Under the pieces are notes generated by a model. It did not search any database, was not told the origin of the DNA, and worked only from the letters and a program-made list of their open reading frames with translations. 32,000 nucleotides of DNA from Prochlorococcus marinus str. NATL2A (GTDB lineage: Bacteria; Cyanobacteriota; Cyanobacteriia; PCC-6307; Cyanobiaceae), in contig NC_007335.2 of assembly GCF_000012465.1 (NCBI RefSeq), forward strand, positions 480,001-512,000, in the 5' to 3' direction. Shown here piece after piece: positions 1 through 8,579 of the stretch. The translations under genes were made by a program, and so were the position numbers. Each line of letters starts with the position of its first letter. The stretch's first letter is position 1.

Positions 1-567
1 AATATTGGTATTGGCTTAGGAAGTAAAAATATATCTCGTCCTAACTTTTTACGTATTCTGCTAATAGATGAAAATGATTATTATATGGAAAATAATAAAC
101 CCTCTAATGAAAATATAATTTCTCAGGAGGCTTGGATTGATGATTCTACTCCTGAAGATGTTGCTGTTTTAATCGATAGATTAAGGTCTGCAGGTGCCAT
201 AGATGTTATTTGTTATTCGGTCGATATGAAAAAAAATAGAAAAGGTATATGTATACAAGCTATTGTCTACCCAAAGCATAAAAATTTACTGCGTGAAGTT
301 TGGTTTAACTACAGTACAACAATTGGAATAAGAGAAAATAATATTAGCCGCTGGATACTTCCAAGAAGAATAGTGAGTCATAAAACTAAATTTGGGACAG
401 TTAATGTTAAGCAAGTAATGAGACCAAATGGTCAGACTTCAATAAAAATAGAACATAAAGACTTGACTCGAATAACTTTAAATACAGGAATCCCAATAGA
501 AGAAATACGTCAGAAATTAATCATAGAATTATCAGAATTTTATGAAATCGATGATTGGTCTTTTTGA
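1..567 (+). CDS. larC: LarC/DUF111-family nickel-insertion protein, C-terminal portion (5' end lies upstream of the window)
   Basis: Frame 1 is open from nt 1 (NIGIGLGSKNISRPNFLRILL...) and runs into tracked ORF 85-567. It has C-terminal blocks typical of DUF111/LarC (IDDSTPED, AGAIDV, DMKKNRKG, STTIGIRE, ILPRR). Stop TGA at 565-567. Confidence 0.75.
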   Translation, partial: NIGIGLGSKNISRPNFLRILLIDENDYYMENNKPSNENIISQEAWIDDSTPEDVAVLIDRLRSAGAIDVICYSVDMKKNRKGICIQAIVYPKHKNLLREVWFNYSTTIGIRENNISRWILPRRIVSHKTKFGTVNVKQVMRPNGQTSIKIEHKDLTRITLNTGIPIEEIRQKLIIELSEFYEIDDWSF

Positions 568-1532
568 TGATTAATTTTATCATGAATGAAATTATCAGAA
601 GAAATTTTGTTTTTGGAATGATTTCTAAAATCAACATTAAATTTTTGATAACATTAATTTGTTTTGCATTTCTTGGGAATTCAATATATGGGAATTTTGA
701 TTCATTATCTAATCAGACAATTACTAGTGAAGAAATATCATGGCTATTATGGGGGGTTATATTTAGTTTCTTTAGTATAATTATTAATGCTTATGCATGG
801 AAGCTTTTAATAAATAACATTGGTTGTAGTATTAGTAATTTGAATATAATACAACTTTTCCTGGCTACAAATATATATAAATATTTGCCTGGTGGAATAT
901 GGCATTTTGTTTCTAGATATAAGAACTTGCGGTTAGAACTTTCAAATGAAAAATCAATTGAATCTATTTTATTAGAGCCAATCTTAATGCTAGTTGCAGG
1001 CTTTATTTTTATACCTTTTAGAGGTTTCAATCTGCCCATTTATATACTTTGCTGGTCATCTACTTTACTCTTCTTGCCAACATTTAGACAGTCACTAATA
1101 AAGAAATTGAGGACAATGAAGGCAAGCATTTTTACTAATAATGTTAATATTAAAGACAGAGATTTAGCGAAAAATAGTCAAAATATTTCAACAAGTTTGT
1201 TTTACCCATATAAGCCACTATTTGTAGAGATTATATTTATTTTTTTCAGATTTATTGGTTTTTTATGTTGTGTAAATGCATTTTCTATTGGGTCATTAGT
1301 TTCACATGGTGAATTAATATCTTCCTTTTCCTTGGCTTGGATAATTGGTCTTGTAGTCCCTGCCGCACCGGGAGGGTTAGGTGTGTTTGAATCTGTGATT
1401 CTATTTAGTCTAAGTTCACATTTGCCAGAGGCACCTCTCTTGGCTTCATTGCTTTGCTATCGGCTAGTTTCAACAGTTTCTGATATATTGGCAGCTTTGA
1501 TTTATCCAGTTAAAAAACTATTTAAAGTTTAA
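567..1532 (+). CDS. Polytopic membrane protein, UPF0104 / lysyl-phosphatidylglycerol-synthase-TM (flippase-like) family
   Basis: The tracked ORF is 555-1532 (TTG at 555). The first ATG at 567 overlaps the larC stop (TGATG). There are many hydrophobic segments, plus PGGIWHF..R and PAAPGGLGVFE motifs that I associate with this family. Confidence 0.6.
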   Translation: MINFIMNEIIRRNFVFGMISKINIKFLITLICFAFLGNSIYGNFDSLSNQTITSEEISWLLWGVIFSFFSIIINAYAWKLLINNIGCSISNLNIIQLFLATNIYKYLPGGIWHFVSRYKNLRLELSNEKSIESILLEPILMLVAGFIFIPFRGFNLPIYILCWSSTLLFLPTFRQSLIKKLRTMKASIFTNNVNIKDRDLAKNSQNISTSLFYPYKPLFVEIIFIFFRFIGFLCCVNAFSIGSLVSHGELISSFSLAWIIGLVVPAAPGGLGVFESVILFSLSSHLPEAPLLASLLCYRLVSTVSDILAALIYPVKKLFKV

Positions 1533-1541
1533 ATATTCATT

Positions 1542-3128
1542 TTACTTATTTCTGTTATTTAAGCTTGGTATTAGGGCTAAAGAGGCTATTAATCCCAGGC
1601 ATATTATTATCAAAGAAGGTAAGATAGATTCTGCTAGTCTTTCATCTCCTGCATATTGGAATATTCTTACTGAAAGCGTATCAAAATCAAATGGTCTTAA
1701 TATAAAAGTTAGTGGTAATTCCTTTATTGTGTCTACAAAAACAAGAAGGATGCCTACCAGAATAGGTCCTTTGAGAAGTGGTAGATGTATTTTAAAAAGG
1801 ACCTCCGACCAGTTTTTCCCTAGATTTATGGCAGCATTATCTATATTTGGCGAGATCCTCTCAAAGCCAGCATCAAGACCACCTTTTGAAACAGCTAAGA
1901 ATCGAATGCTATAACCCCAGATTAGTAAGCTTAATATGTTGACTTGCAAGATACTTCCTTTAAAGGAAAGAAGAGAAAGGGCTAAAACAGATCCTGGAAT
2001 TGCATAGCCAATACTGGATAAGAAGGTCAATATATTGAGCCATTGATGATTATGCCACCTCTTGGAAATTGATAAAATCAATGATATAAATATCGTTATT
2101 AATGAAACAGCTAAGGCTAAGCTAAAGCTTCTAATAGTCAATCCAACTAAATCTATATTGAACCCTTGATTTATTTGATCAATATTTATTATTGCCCATG
2201 TGATTGGAATACCCAATGTAAGAATTGGAGGGGTAAAGGTTACAACTTGAGCAAGGAATAGATTTATACCTTTTAATTCCCATTTTGGTGCATCTACGCT
2301 ACTTATTCCGTCTATCCATCGTTTACTTTTTTCTCTTGATTTGCGTTCAATTGCAACTAATAGAAAAACTAAAATTAGAGCAAATAAGGCAAGAGCAATG
2401 GCACCTGAGGGCTCACCTTTCTCTATCCAACTCTCAAGTATTCCAGCTGAAATACTTGGAATATTTAACAGTTGAACGGCACCTAATTCATTTATGATTT
2501 CCATGGCCATTAAAGCTAATCCAGCAGTGATTGAGGGAATTGCTATTGGGAGAGATATTCTAAAGAAACTTTTCCAAGGGCCTATACCAAGAGTTCTGCA
2601 TGCTTCAATTTGTTTTCTACCGCCTTCCTCAAAACTTTCTGAACTTAGTAAAAATACATATGGATATGTTGTAAATGCCATTATTACTACACCCCACAAC
2701 ATGCCGGTAATTCTGATGGAATAAATGCTACCGAGGTCAATGAATGTAGCAGCTAAAAGATAAGCTGGTGTTGCGAAAGGAATTAGTTGGCAAACTTTAA
2801 GTACTTTTCTACCTTTGAAATGGCAATTGGCTAAAATCCAACCATTTGTTACACCTAAAAATCCTCCTAGAGTTAGAGAAAAAATCAACAGTAAAAGTGT
2901 TCCTTTTATTTCATTAAGATTGGCTGTAGTTAAATAAATAGAACCTTTTTGAATACCGTATAAACCCTCTTTTACGAGATTAAATAACGGCCATAAAATA
3001 AAAAATGTTAATAAAACTACTAAGTACTTTAATATGTAACGACTATTATTTAATCCAATTAGATTATAGACGAAATTAATATTTTTTTCTATTTTGAAGG
3101 CCTTTGAAGCAGGTCTGTTGTTGTTCAA
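1542..3128 (-). CDS. futB: Two-domain ABC transporter permease, Fe(III) type (FutB/HitB/FbpB; ThiP-related)
   Basis: 528 aa and highly hydrophobic. It has two internal EAA-like permease loops (EACRTLGIGPWKSFFRISLP... and DNAAINLGKNWSEVLFKIHLP...), the duplicated architecture typical of FbpB/FutB/ThiP permeases. Confidence 0.7.
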   Translation of the reverse strand: MNNNRPASKAFKIEKNINFVYNLIGLNNSRYILKYLVVLLTFFILWPLFNLVKEGLYGIQKGSIYLTTANLNEIKGTLLLLIFSLTLGGFLGVTNGWILANCHFKGRKVLKVCQLIPFATPAYLLAATFIDLGSIYSIRITGMLWGVVIMAFTTYPYVFLLSSESFEEGGRKQIEACRTLGIGPWKSFFRISLPIAIPSITAGLALMAMEIINELGAVQLLNIPSISAGILESWIEKGEPSGAIALALFALILVFLLVAIERKSREKSKRWIDGISSVDAPKWELKGINLFLAQVVTFTPPILTLGIPITWAIINIDQINQGFNIDLVGLTIRSFSLALAVSLITIFISLILSISKRWHNHQWLNILTFLSSIGYAIPGSVLALSLLSFKGSILQVNILSLLIWGYSIRFLAVSKGGLDAGFERISPNIDNAAINLGKNWSEVLFKIHLPLLKGPILVGILLVFVDTIKELPLTFILRPFDFDTLSVRIFQYAGDERLAESILPSLIIICLGLIASLALIPSLNNRNK

Positions 3129-3155
3129 TTTATTCTTAAATTTGTCATTTTGTGA

Positions 3156-4190
3156 TTATTTGTCAATACATGCATTTAATTGAGACAGTATTTTTGTTTT
3201 ATCTAATTCTTTACCAATAAAGACAAGTTGATTATTTCTTTCTTCTCCCCATTCACTATCTTCAATAGAAATTCTTTTACCAGCGAGGTGAAAGACATGT
3301 CTTCTTTCGCTTTCGCTGAACCAAAGAATACCCTTTGCTCTGAAAACATCGCTTTTTAATTGATTATCTAGAAAATATTGGAATTTTCTAAGAGAGAAAG
3401 GTTCTTTAGTTTGAAAAGAAACAGAAAGAAAGTCTTCAATTCTATTATCTTCTTCTGAGTGTCCATGTCCATGTCCATGTCCATGTCCATGTCCATGTTT
3501 ATGTTCATGAGAGTGATCATGAACTGATTCTTTTTGATTAATTAGATCAGTTTCAAATAGACCCACACTTAATAATAGATTAAGAGGAATATTTCCTTTA
3601 ATGCTTTTTAAAATTCTCACATCATTTTTTATTTCTTTTAACTTGTCTATGGTTTCTTCTATATTTTTATTAGTTACTAAATCACATTTATTTAGAAGTA
3701 AAATATCACCATAGATTACCTGTGATCTTCCTATTGAACTTTCTAAAGCAACATCATTAAAGTTCTCAGCATCAATTAGAGTTATAATTGAGTCTAATCT
3801 TGTTTGATCTCTTAAATCACTTCCAAGTAATGTCATCGCAACTGGAAGAGGATCTGCTAATCCTGTAGTTTCAATTATAATATAGTCTAACTTCTTGTTG
3901 ACATTGATTAACTTTTCTATTGCTTCTACTAACTCACCATTTATAGAGCAACATATACATCCATTACTTAGTTCTATCATTTCTTCTTCAGTCTTAATTA
4001 TTAACTCATTATCAATTCCTATTTCACCAAACTCGTTAACTAATACAGCTGTCTTTATACCTTGCTGATTAGTAAGTATATGATTTAATAAAGTTGTTTT
4101 CCCTGAGCCTAAAAAACCTGATATAATTGTAATAGGGATATTTTTTTTGGAAACCATATTTTTATTAAGATTAGATACGCTAGCGTTCAT
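3156..4190 (-). CDS. COG0523 (CobW/ZigA/YjiA-like) G3E GTPase metallochaperone with His-rich insertion
   Basis: P-loop GFLGSGKTT, CxCC metal motif GCICCS, switch II ETTGLADP, NKCD specificity motif and a CobW-C-like tail. A His-rich linker HDHSHEHKHGHGHGHGHGHGHSEED lies between the two domains. Confidence 0.85.
   Translation of the reverse strand: MNASVSNLNKNMVSKKNIPITIISGFLGSGKTTLLNHILTNQQGIKTAVLVNEFGEIGIDNELIIKTEEEMIELSNGCICCSINGELVEAIEKLINVNKKLDYIIIETTGLADPLPVAMTLLGSDLRDQTRLDSIITLIDAENFNDVALESSIGRSQVIYGDILLLNKCDLVTNKNIEETIDKLKEIKNDVRILKSIKGNIPLNLLLSVGLFETDLINQKESVHDHSHEHKHGHGHGHGHGHGHSEEDNRIEDFLSVSFQTKEPFSLRKFQYFLDNQLKSDVFRAKGILWFSESERRHVFHLAGKRISIEDSEWGEERNNQLVFIGKELDKTKILSQLNACIDK
3461..3496. 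repeat. Perfect hexanucleotide microsatellite (GTCCAT)x6, followed by degenerate units GTTTAT and GTTCAT
   Basis: Read directly from gtccatgtccatgtccatgtccatgtccatgtccat. On the minus strand it is in frame as (CAT GGA)n, giving (His-Gly)6 inside the COG0523 CDS. Confidence 0.95.
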
Positions 4191-4215
4191 TTTAATTGCA
4201 GTAAATAATGATACA

Positions 4216-4521
4216 TTAGCTATTGATTAATTTATCAATAGCCTCAGCAAGCTTTATGTCATTGGTAGTGATTCCACCTTTGTCATGAGTGGTTAAATTG
4301 ATTTTAACTTTATTATATATATTCTGCCAATCTGGATGATGATCTATTTTTTCAGATAAAAGAGCGACTTTACTCATAAATCCAAAAGCCTCAATGAAAT
4401 TTTCAAATTTAAATTCTTTCTTTATCGTTTTATTATCTATTATCCAAGAAGGATTCTTTTCTATAAAAGAATCTAGTTGATTTTTCTCTATTAAGGAAAC
4501 CATGAGTTTTTCATATTTCAT
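4216..4521 (-). CDS. phhB: Pterin-4-alpha-carbinolamine dehydratase (PCD/DCoH family)
   Basis: 101 aa carrying the family signature [21 protein letters not shown] and the typical N-terminal L....W block. Confidence 0.85.
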   Translation of the reverse strand: MKYEKLMVSLIEKNQLDSFIEKNPSWIIDNKTIKKEFKFENFIEAFGFMSKVALLSEKIDHHPDWQNIYNKVKINLTTHDKGGITTNDIKLAEAIDKLINS

Positions 4522-4522
4522 T

Positions 4523-4984
4523 TTAATTTAAATCAAAATCACCAATTGCATGTAATTGTAATGACCTTGATTTATTTGATGCTCTATGTTCCCATATATA
4601 GATGGCTTGCCATAAGCCTATTTCTAATTTGCCGTCAACAACACTGAAGCTTAAATTATTTGAAGTAAGCATTGTTCTTATATGAGCAGGCATATCGTCT
4701 AAACCTTCTTCTGAATGAAGATATTCTATTTTTTTAAGATTTTTGTTGAGAGGATAAACTCCCTCCTCTGGGACAATAGCATTCATGTAAGCTGATAGGT
4801 CTTTAAGAACATTAATATCCGCATTTTCATTTATAATTAAACTACAGCTTGTATGTTTTAGAAAAATAAGAAGTATTCCTTTTTTAAGCTTTTTATATTT
4901 GATCCAATGATTAATGTTTTTTGTTATGTCAGTAAAACCTTGTCCCTTCGTCTCGAAATCAATAGTTGATAAAATCTGTTCCAT
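4523..4984 (-). CDS. yjbQ: YjbQ/UPF0047 family protein (secondary thiamine-phosphate synthase family)
   Basis: 153 aa with blocks I recognise from UPF0047: [28 protein letters not shown], and [12 protein letters not shown] near the C-terminus. Its stop lies 1 nt before the phhB start. Confidence 0.8.
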   Translation of the reverse strand: MEQILSTIDFETKGQGFTDITKNINHWIKYKKLKKGILLIFLKHTSCSLIINENADINVLKDLSAYMNAIVPEEGVYPLNKNLKKIEYLHSEEGLDDMPAHIRTMLTSNNLSFSVVDGKLEIGLWQAIYIWEHRASNKSRSLQLHAIGDFDLN

Positions 4985-4998
4985 TTCTAATAAATCGT

Positions 4999-5091
4999 TT
5001 AACCTGACTTTATTAAATCCTAACAGGTTTGTTTCTTTCTTATCAGGTTAAGTATTTTGAATTCGATCTTATAAAAAAGATATAACCTGTT
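4999..5091. repeat. Four interleaved copies of an AACCTG/CAGGTT core forming two crossing inverted-repeat pairs
   Basis: TTAACCTGA (4999-5007) is the reverse complement of TCAGGTTAA (5043-5051). AACAGGTT (5022-5029) is the reverse complement of AACCTGTT (5084-5091). The block lies 15-107 nt upstream of the yjbQ start, in the divergent spacer. Confidence 0.6.
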
Positions 5092-5213
5092 TGATTTTTA
5101 AATCATGAATAATTTAATTAAGAACTTATGATTTAAATATTTAAAATTGATCAAATACTGATCTCTTTTAATCAATTTGATATTAGGATTACACATATAT
5201 CAAATTAAATACA

Positions 5214-6743
5214 TTGTCAAAGTCTGCTTGGCAGCTTTTGGGTGATTACCTAAAAGATACGCAGTTGTTGGGATCTATACAAAGCACTCTCTACTGGGAT
5301 CAAAATACATCTATGCCTATTGCTGGTTCCAATTGGAGAGGAGAGCAATTAAGTCTTATAGCTAAGCAACTTCATGCAAGACAAAGTTCTGAACAGTTCG
5401 AAATTTTAATAAAAGAAGCTAAATCTGAACTTCAAAATTCAAAAGAAAAAGATGATTTTGAATCACAACTCATCACAGATAGATTTAGAAATATTGATTT
5501 GCTTGAGCAAGATTTCAATAGACAGAAAAGTTTGGATCCTCAATTGGTCGTTGAGCTTGCAACAGCAAAGTCTGAAGGGTATATGTGTTGGCAGGAAGCT
5601 AGGAAAAATAATGATTTCAAAAGCTTTTCTCCAGCTCTTAAGAAATTAATTGCATTACGAACAGAACAATCCAATCAGCTCTGTGAAGAAAGAAGTTGCT
5701 GGGAGACACTTGCCCAGCCTTTTGAACCGAATTTAACGATTGATCGTGTAAGCGAACTATTTGAACCTTTACAAAAGAGATTGCCAGAATTGATTCAGAA
5801 GGCTGAGACAATTACCAATAAAAAGAGTGAAAAATGGGATTTAGCAATTAGTGATCAAGAAAAACTCTGTCAAATACTTTTAAATGATTGGTCTAGGGAT
5901 CCTGCTAATACAGCGATAGCTAAGTCTCCTCATCCATTCTCTATAACTTTAGGTCCGGATGATTATCGAATTACGACAAGAATAGTTAAAGGTCAGCCAC
6001 TTTCTTGCTTATTAGCTACTGCCCATGAGTGGGGTCATTCTCTTTATGAACAAGGTTTGCCTTCTAAAAGTCACCAATGGTTTGCATGGCCGTTAGGTCA
6101 AGCAACCTCTATGGCTGTTCATGAGAGTCAATCTCTATTTTGGGAAAATAGGATTGCTAGGAGCTTTTCATTTGCAAAGTCTTTTTGGCATCATTTTGAG
6201 AATGCAGGTGCTCCAATTCACTCTGGAGATGATTTATGGATCAATCTAAATCCATTTACTCCGGGATTGAACCGAGTAGAGGCTGATGAGCTCAGTTATG
6301 GCTTGCACATAATGATTAGGACTGAATTGGAAATTGATCTTCTCGAGAGAGGCCTTTCTGTGGAAGATCTGCCTAATGAATGGAATAAGAGGTATTTGCA
6401 CCTTCTAGGTGTGTCGCCTAAAAATGATACTGAAGGATGTTTGCAAGATGTGCACTGGAGTGAGGGGATGTTTGGTTATTTCCCTTCTTATTTGCTTGGT
6501 CATCTTATTAGCGCTCAGTTGACAAAAACTCTTGAAGAAGATTTAGGGAAAATTGAAAATCTTATTGAATCTACGGAAATCAGTAAAATATTGGGTTGGC
6601 TTCGCAAAAATGTTCATCATTATGGGAGAAGTTTAGATTCTGAGGAACTTGTAAGGAAGGTTACTGGAGCAAAATTATCACCAACTTATTTTCTTGAATA
6701 CTTAGATAATAAACTTGAAAAGCTGTCTACAATCTCTAAGTAA
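5214..6743 (+). CDS. Carboxypeptidase Taq-type (M32) metallocarboxypeptidase
   Basis: Motifs HPFS, HEWGHSLYEQG (HExxH), HESQS, RVEADELSYGLHI and QDVHWS..FGYFPSY are present. The start is TTG: the first in-frame ATG is 33 codons in, after conserved N-terminal sequence. Confidence 0.9.
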   Translation: MSKSAWQLLGDYLKDTQLLGSIQSTLYWDQNTSMPIAGSNWRGEQLSLIAKQLHARQSSEQFEILIKEAKSELQNSKEKDDFESQLITDRFRNIDLLEQDFNRQKSLDPQLVVELATAKSEGYMCWQEARKNNDFKSFSPALKKLIALRTEQSNQLCEERSCWETLAQPFEPNLTIDRVSELFEPLQKRLPELIQKAETITNKKSEKWDLAISDQEKLCQILLNDWSRDPANTAIAKSPHPFSITLGPDDYRITTRIVKGQPLSCLLATAHEWGHSLYEQGLPSKSHQWFAWPLGQATSMAVHESQSLFWENRIARSFSFAKSFWHHFENAGAPIHSGDDLWINLNPFTPGLNRVEADELSYGLHIMIRTELEIDLLERGLSVEDLPNEWNKRYLHLLGVSPKNDTEGCLQDVHWSEGMFGYFPSYLLGHLISAQLTKTLEEDLGKIENLIESTEISKILGWLRKNVHHYGRSLDSEELVRKVTGAKLSPTYFLEYLDNKLEKLSTISK

Positions 6744-6870
6744 AATAGACATATATTGCCAAAAAAATTAAGAGGAGCATGTCTTTTGTTGAAACTTTTC
6801 TAAATTATCCGACGCAACTCCATTTGCATTTACTGCGTTGATTTACCATGTAAGAACATAGAAAAATACC

Positions 6871-7458
6871 ATGGCTAACCTTGACCAAGCGCCTAGCAGA
6901 ACAATGCCTAATCTGCTTCATATATTGCCTGCGTTTGCCAATGAATCTGAACTTAGAGTCAATACAATCGTTGAGTTAAATTCAAATACTATAAATAAAT
7001 ACGAACTTATTACTGAAACAGGGCATCTAAAACTTGATCGTGTCGGATATTCTTCTCTGGCCTACCCTTTTGCTTATGGGTGTCTTCCACGGACATGGGA
7101 TGAAGACGGGGACCCATTAGATATCGAAATTGTGAATGTTACAGAGCCTTTGGTTCCCGGTTCAATTGTTGAGGCAAGGATTATAGGAATAATGACTTTT
7201 GATGATGGAGGTGAAGTTGACGACAAAGTTATTGGCGTAATAGCCGATGACAAGAGGATGGATCACATACAAAGCTTTGAACAATTAGGTAAGCATTGGA
7301 TTAATGAAACAACTTATTATTGGGAGCATTACAAGGATCTTAAAAAACCAGGAACTTGTACTGTAAATGGTTTCTTTGGTGTTGAAAAAGCAGTTCAGAT
7401 TATTAAATCCTGTGAGGAGCGTTACTTATCTGCAATAGATCCTAATTTAATTAATTAA
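6871..7458 (+). CDS. ppa: Family I soluble inorganic pyrophosphatase, divergent paralogue with N-terminal extension
   Basis: NKYEL, LDRV, AYPFAYG, DEDGDPLDIEIV (intact DxDPxD), FDDGGEVDDKV and WEHYKDL match all the catalytic positions I can align to E. coli PPase. Confidence 0.8.
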   Translation: MANLDQAPSRTMPNLLHILPAFANESELRVNTIVELNSNTINKYELITETGHLKLDRVGYSSLAYPFAYGCLPRTWDEDGDPLDIEIVNVTEPLVPGSIVEARIIGIMTFDDGGEVDDKVIGVIADDKRMDHIQSFEQLGKHWINETTYYWEHYKDLKKPGTCTVNGFFGVEKAVQIIKSCEERYLSAIDPNLIN

Positions 7459-7472
7459 ATTTTATGAATGAT

Positions 7473-8426
7473 TTAGGCCCTTGCAGACTTGAATATCTCT
7501 TCTAATATTTCCCCTGCTCCACGGCCTTTTAATTCATTGGCTAAGTCTATTCCTATTTCCTCCGCAGAGCTTACCGATCCTTTTTTTATATCTCTAATTA
7601 ATCTTTTACCATCTAAACTTGCGACCATTCCTTCAAGAATTAATTCATTGTTGTTAATTTCCGTTCTAACGCCTATTGGAACTTGACATCCTCCTTCAAG
7701 CTCTCTGAGGAAAGACCTTTCAGCTAAACATCTTTTAGATGTTGATTCGTGTTCAAGTGTTTTTAAAATATCTAGTACCTTTTGTTGACCACTTACACAT
7801 TCAATACCAAGAGCTCCCTGCCCCACAGCATGAAGTGAAATATCTGTTGGGATTAACTGATGTATTCGATTAGCAAAGCCAAGTCTTTGCAATCCAGCAG
7901 CAGCCAATATAAGACAGTCATATTCTCCTGAGTCAAGCTTTTCTAATCGTGTAATAACATTTCCTCTTACATCTTTGAAAACAAGATGTGGATAATGGTA
8001 TCTCAATTGAGCAAGCCTTCTTAATGAACTAGTCCCCACAACAGAACCTTCTGGAAGAGTCTCTAGTTTGTGAATTTGATTTTTCTCATTAACAACTAAC
8101 GCGTCTGAAGGATCTTCTCTTTTTGTGATGCAGCCAAGAATCAATCCATCTGGAAGGTTCGTGGGTAAATCCTTAAGTGAGTGGACTGCAATTTCAGCAT
8201 GACCAAGAAGCATTTGTGCTTCAAGCTCTTTAGTGAAAAGACCTTTATCTCCTATTTTTGCTAAAGCCACATCAAGTATTTTGTCACCCTGCGTAGCCAT
8301 TGCTTCGATAGTGATAACAAGATCAGGATGTTCTCTTTGTAGTTCATCTCGTACCCAGTTCGTCTGAACCATGGCCAGCTGGCTTCGGCGAGAGGCGATG
8401 CGCAGTTGGTCTAGAGTCATTAGCAA
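7473..8426 (-). CDS. hemC: Porphobilinogen deaminase (hydroxymethylbilane synthase)
   Basis: Typical HemC N-terminus ([15 protein letters not shown]), plus [21 protein letters not shown] and GNV.TRL. The longest ORF starts at TTG 8424-8426; an ATG two codons downstream (8418-8420) is the more likely start. Confidence 0.95.
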   Translation of the reverse strand: MLMTLDQLRIASRRSQLAMVQTNWVRDELQREHPDLVITIEAMATQGDKILDVALAKIGDKGLFTKELEAQMLLGHAEIAVHSLKDLPTNLPDGLILGCITKREDPSDALVVNEKNQIHKLETLPEGSVVGTSSLRRLAQLRYHYPHLVFKDVRGNVITRLEKLDSGEYDCLILAAAGLQRLGFANRIHQLIPTDISLHAVGQGALGIECVSGQQKVLDILKTLEHESTSKRCLAERSFLRELEGGCQVPIGVRTEINNNELILEGMVASLDGKRLIRDIKKGSVSSAEEIGIDLANELKGRGAGEILEEIFKSARA

Positions 8427-8579
8427 ATATTTTCTATTTCTTTACCTTAAGCAGTCAACCTTACCAAATTAAAAATCTTGGAAAATAATTTAATAAGGTT
8501 GATGTGAAATGAAATCTATGATCTAAACAATTATTTGTATTTGTTGGTTGTAAAAGTAAAGGTTATTTAGTTTAGTTTT

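Noticed and set aside
4998-5052. TTTAACCT (4998-5005) and CTTAACCT (minus strand, 5045-5052) match the 8-bp cyanobacterial Pho-box unit (PyTTAAPyPyT/A).
   Set aside because: Pho boxes are tandem direct repeats spaced about 11 bp apart. Here the units are on opposite strands and about 40 bp apart, so this is not a canonical PhoB site.
5132-5145. A perfect 14-nt palindrome TTTAAATATTTAAA.
   Set aside because: It consists only of A and T in an AT-rich spacer. Such palindromes arise by chance at low complexity, and I give it no weight on its own.
6779-6841. A 20-codon ORF (MSFVETFLNYPTQLHLHLLR) preceded by AAGAGGAG, in the spacer upstream of the divergent ppa paralogue.
   Set aside because: The purine-rich box ends only 1-3 nt from the ATG, which is too close for a functional SD. 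The ORF is very short with no recognisable features. It may be a leader peptide, but there is no support from sequence alone.
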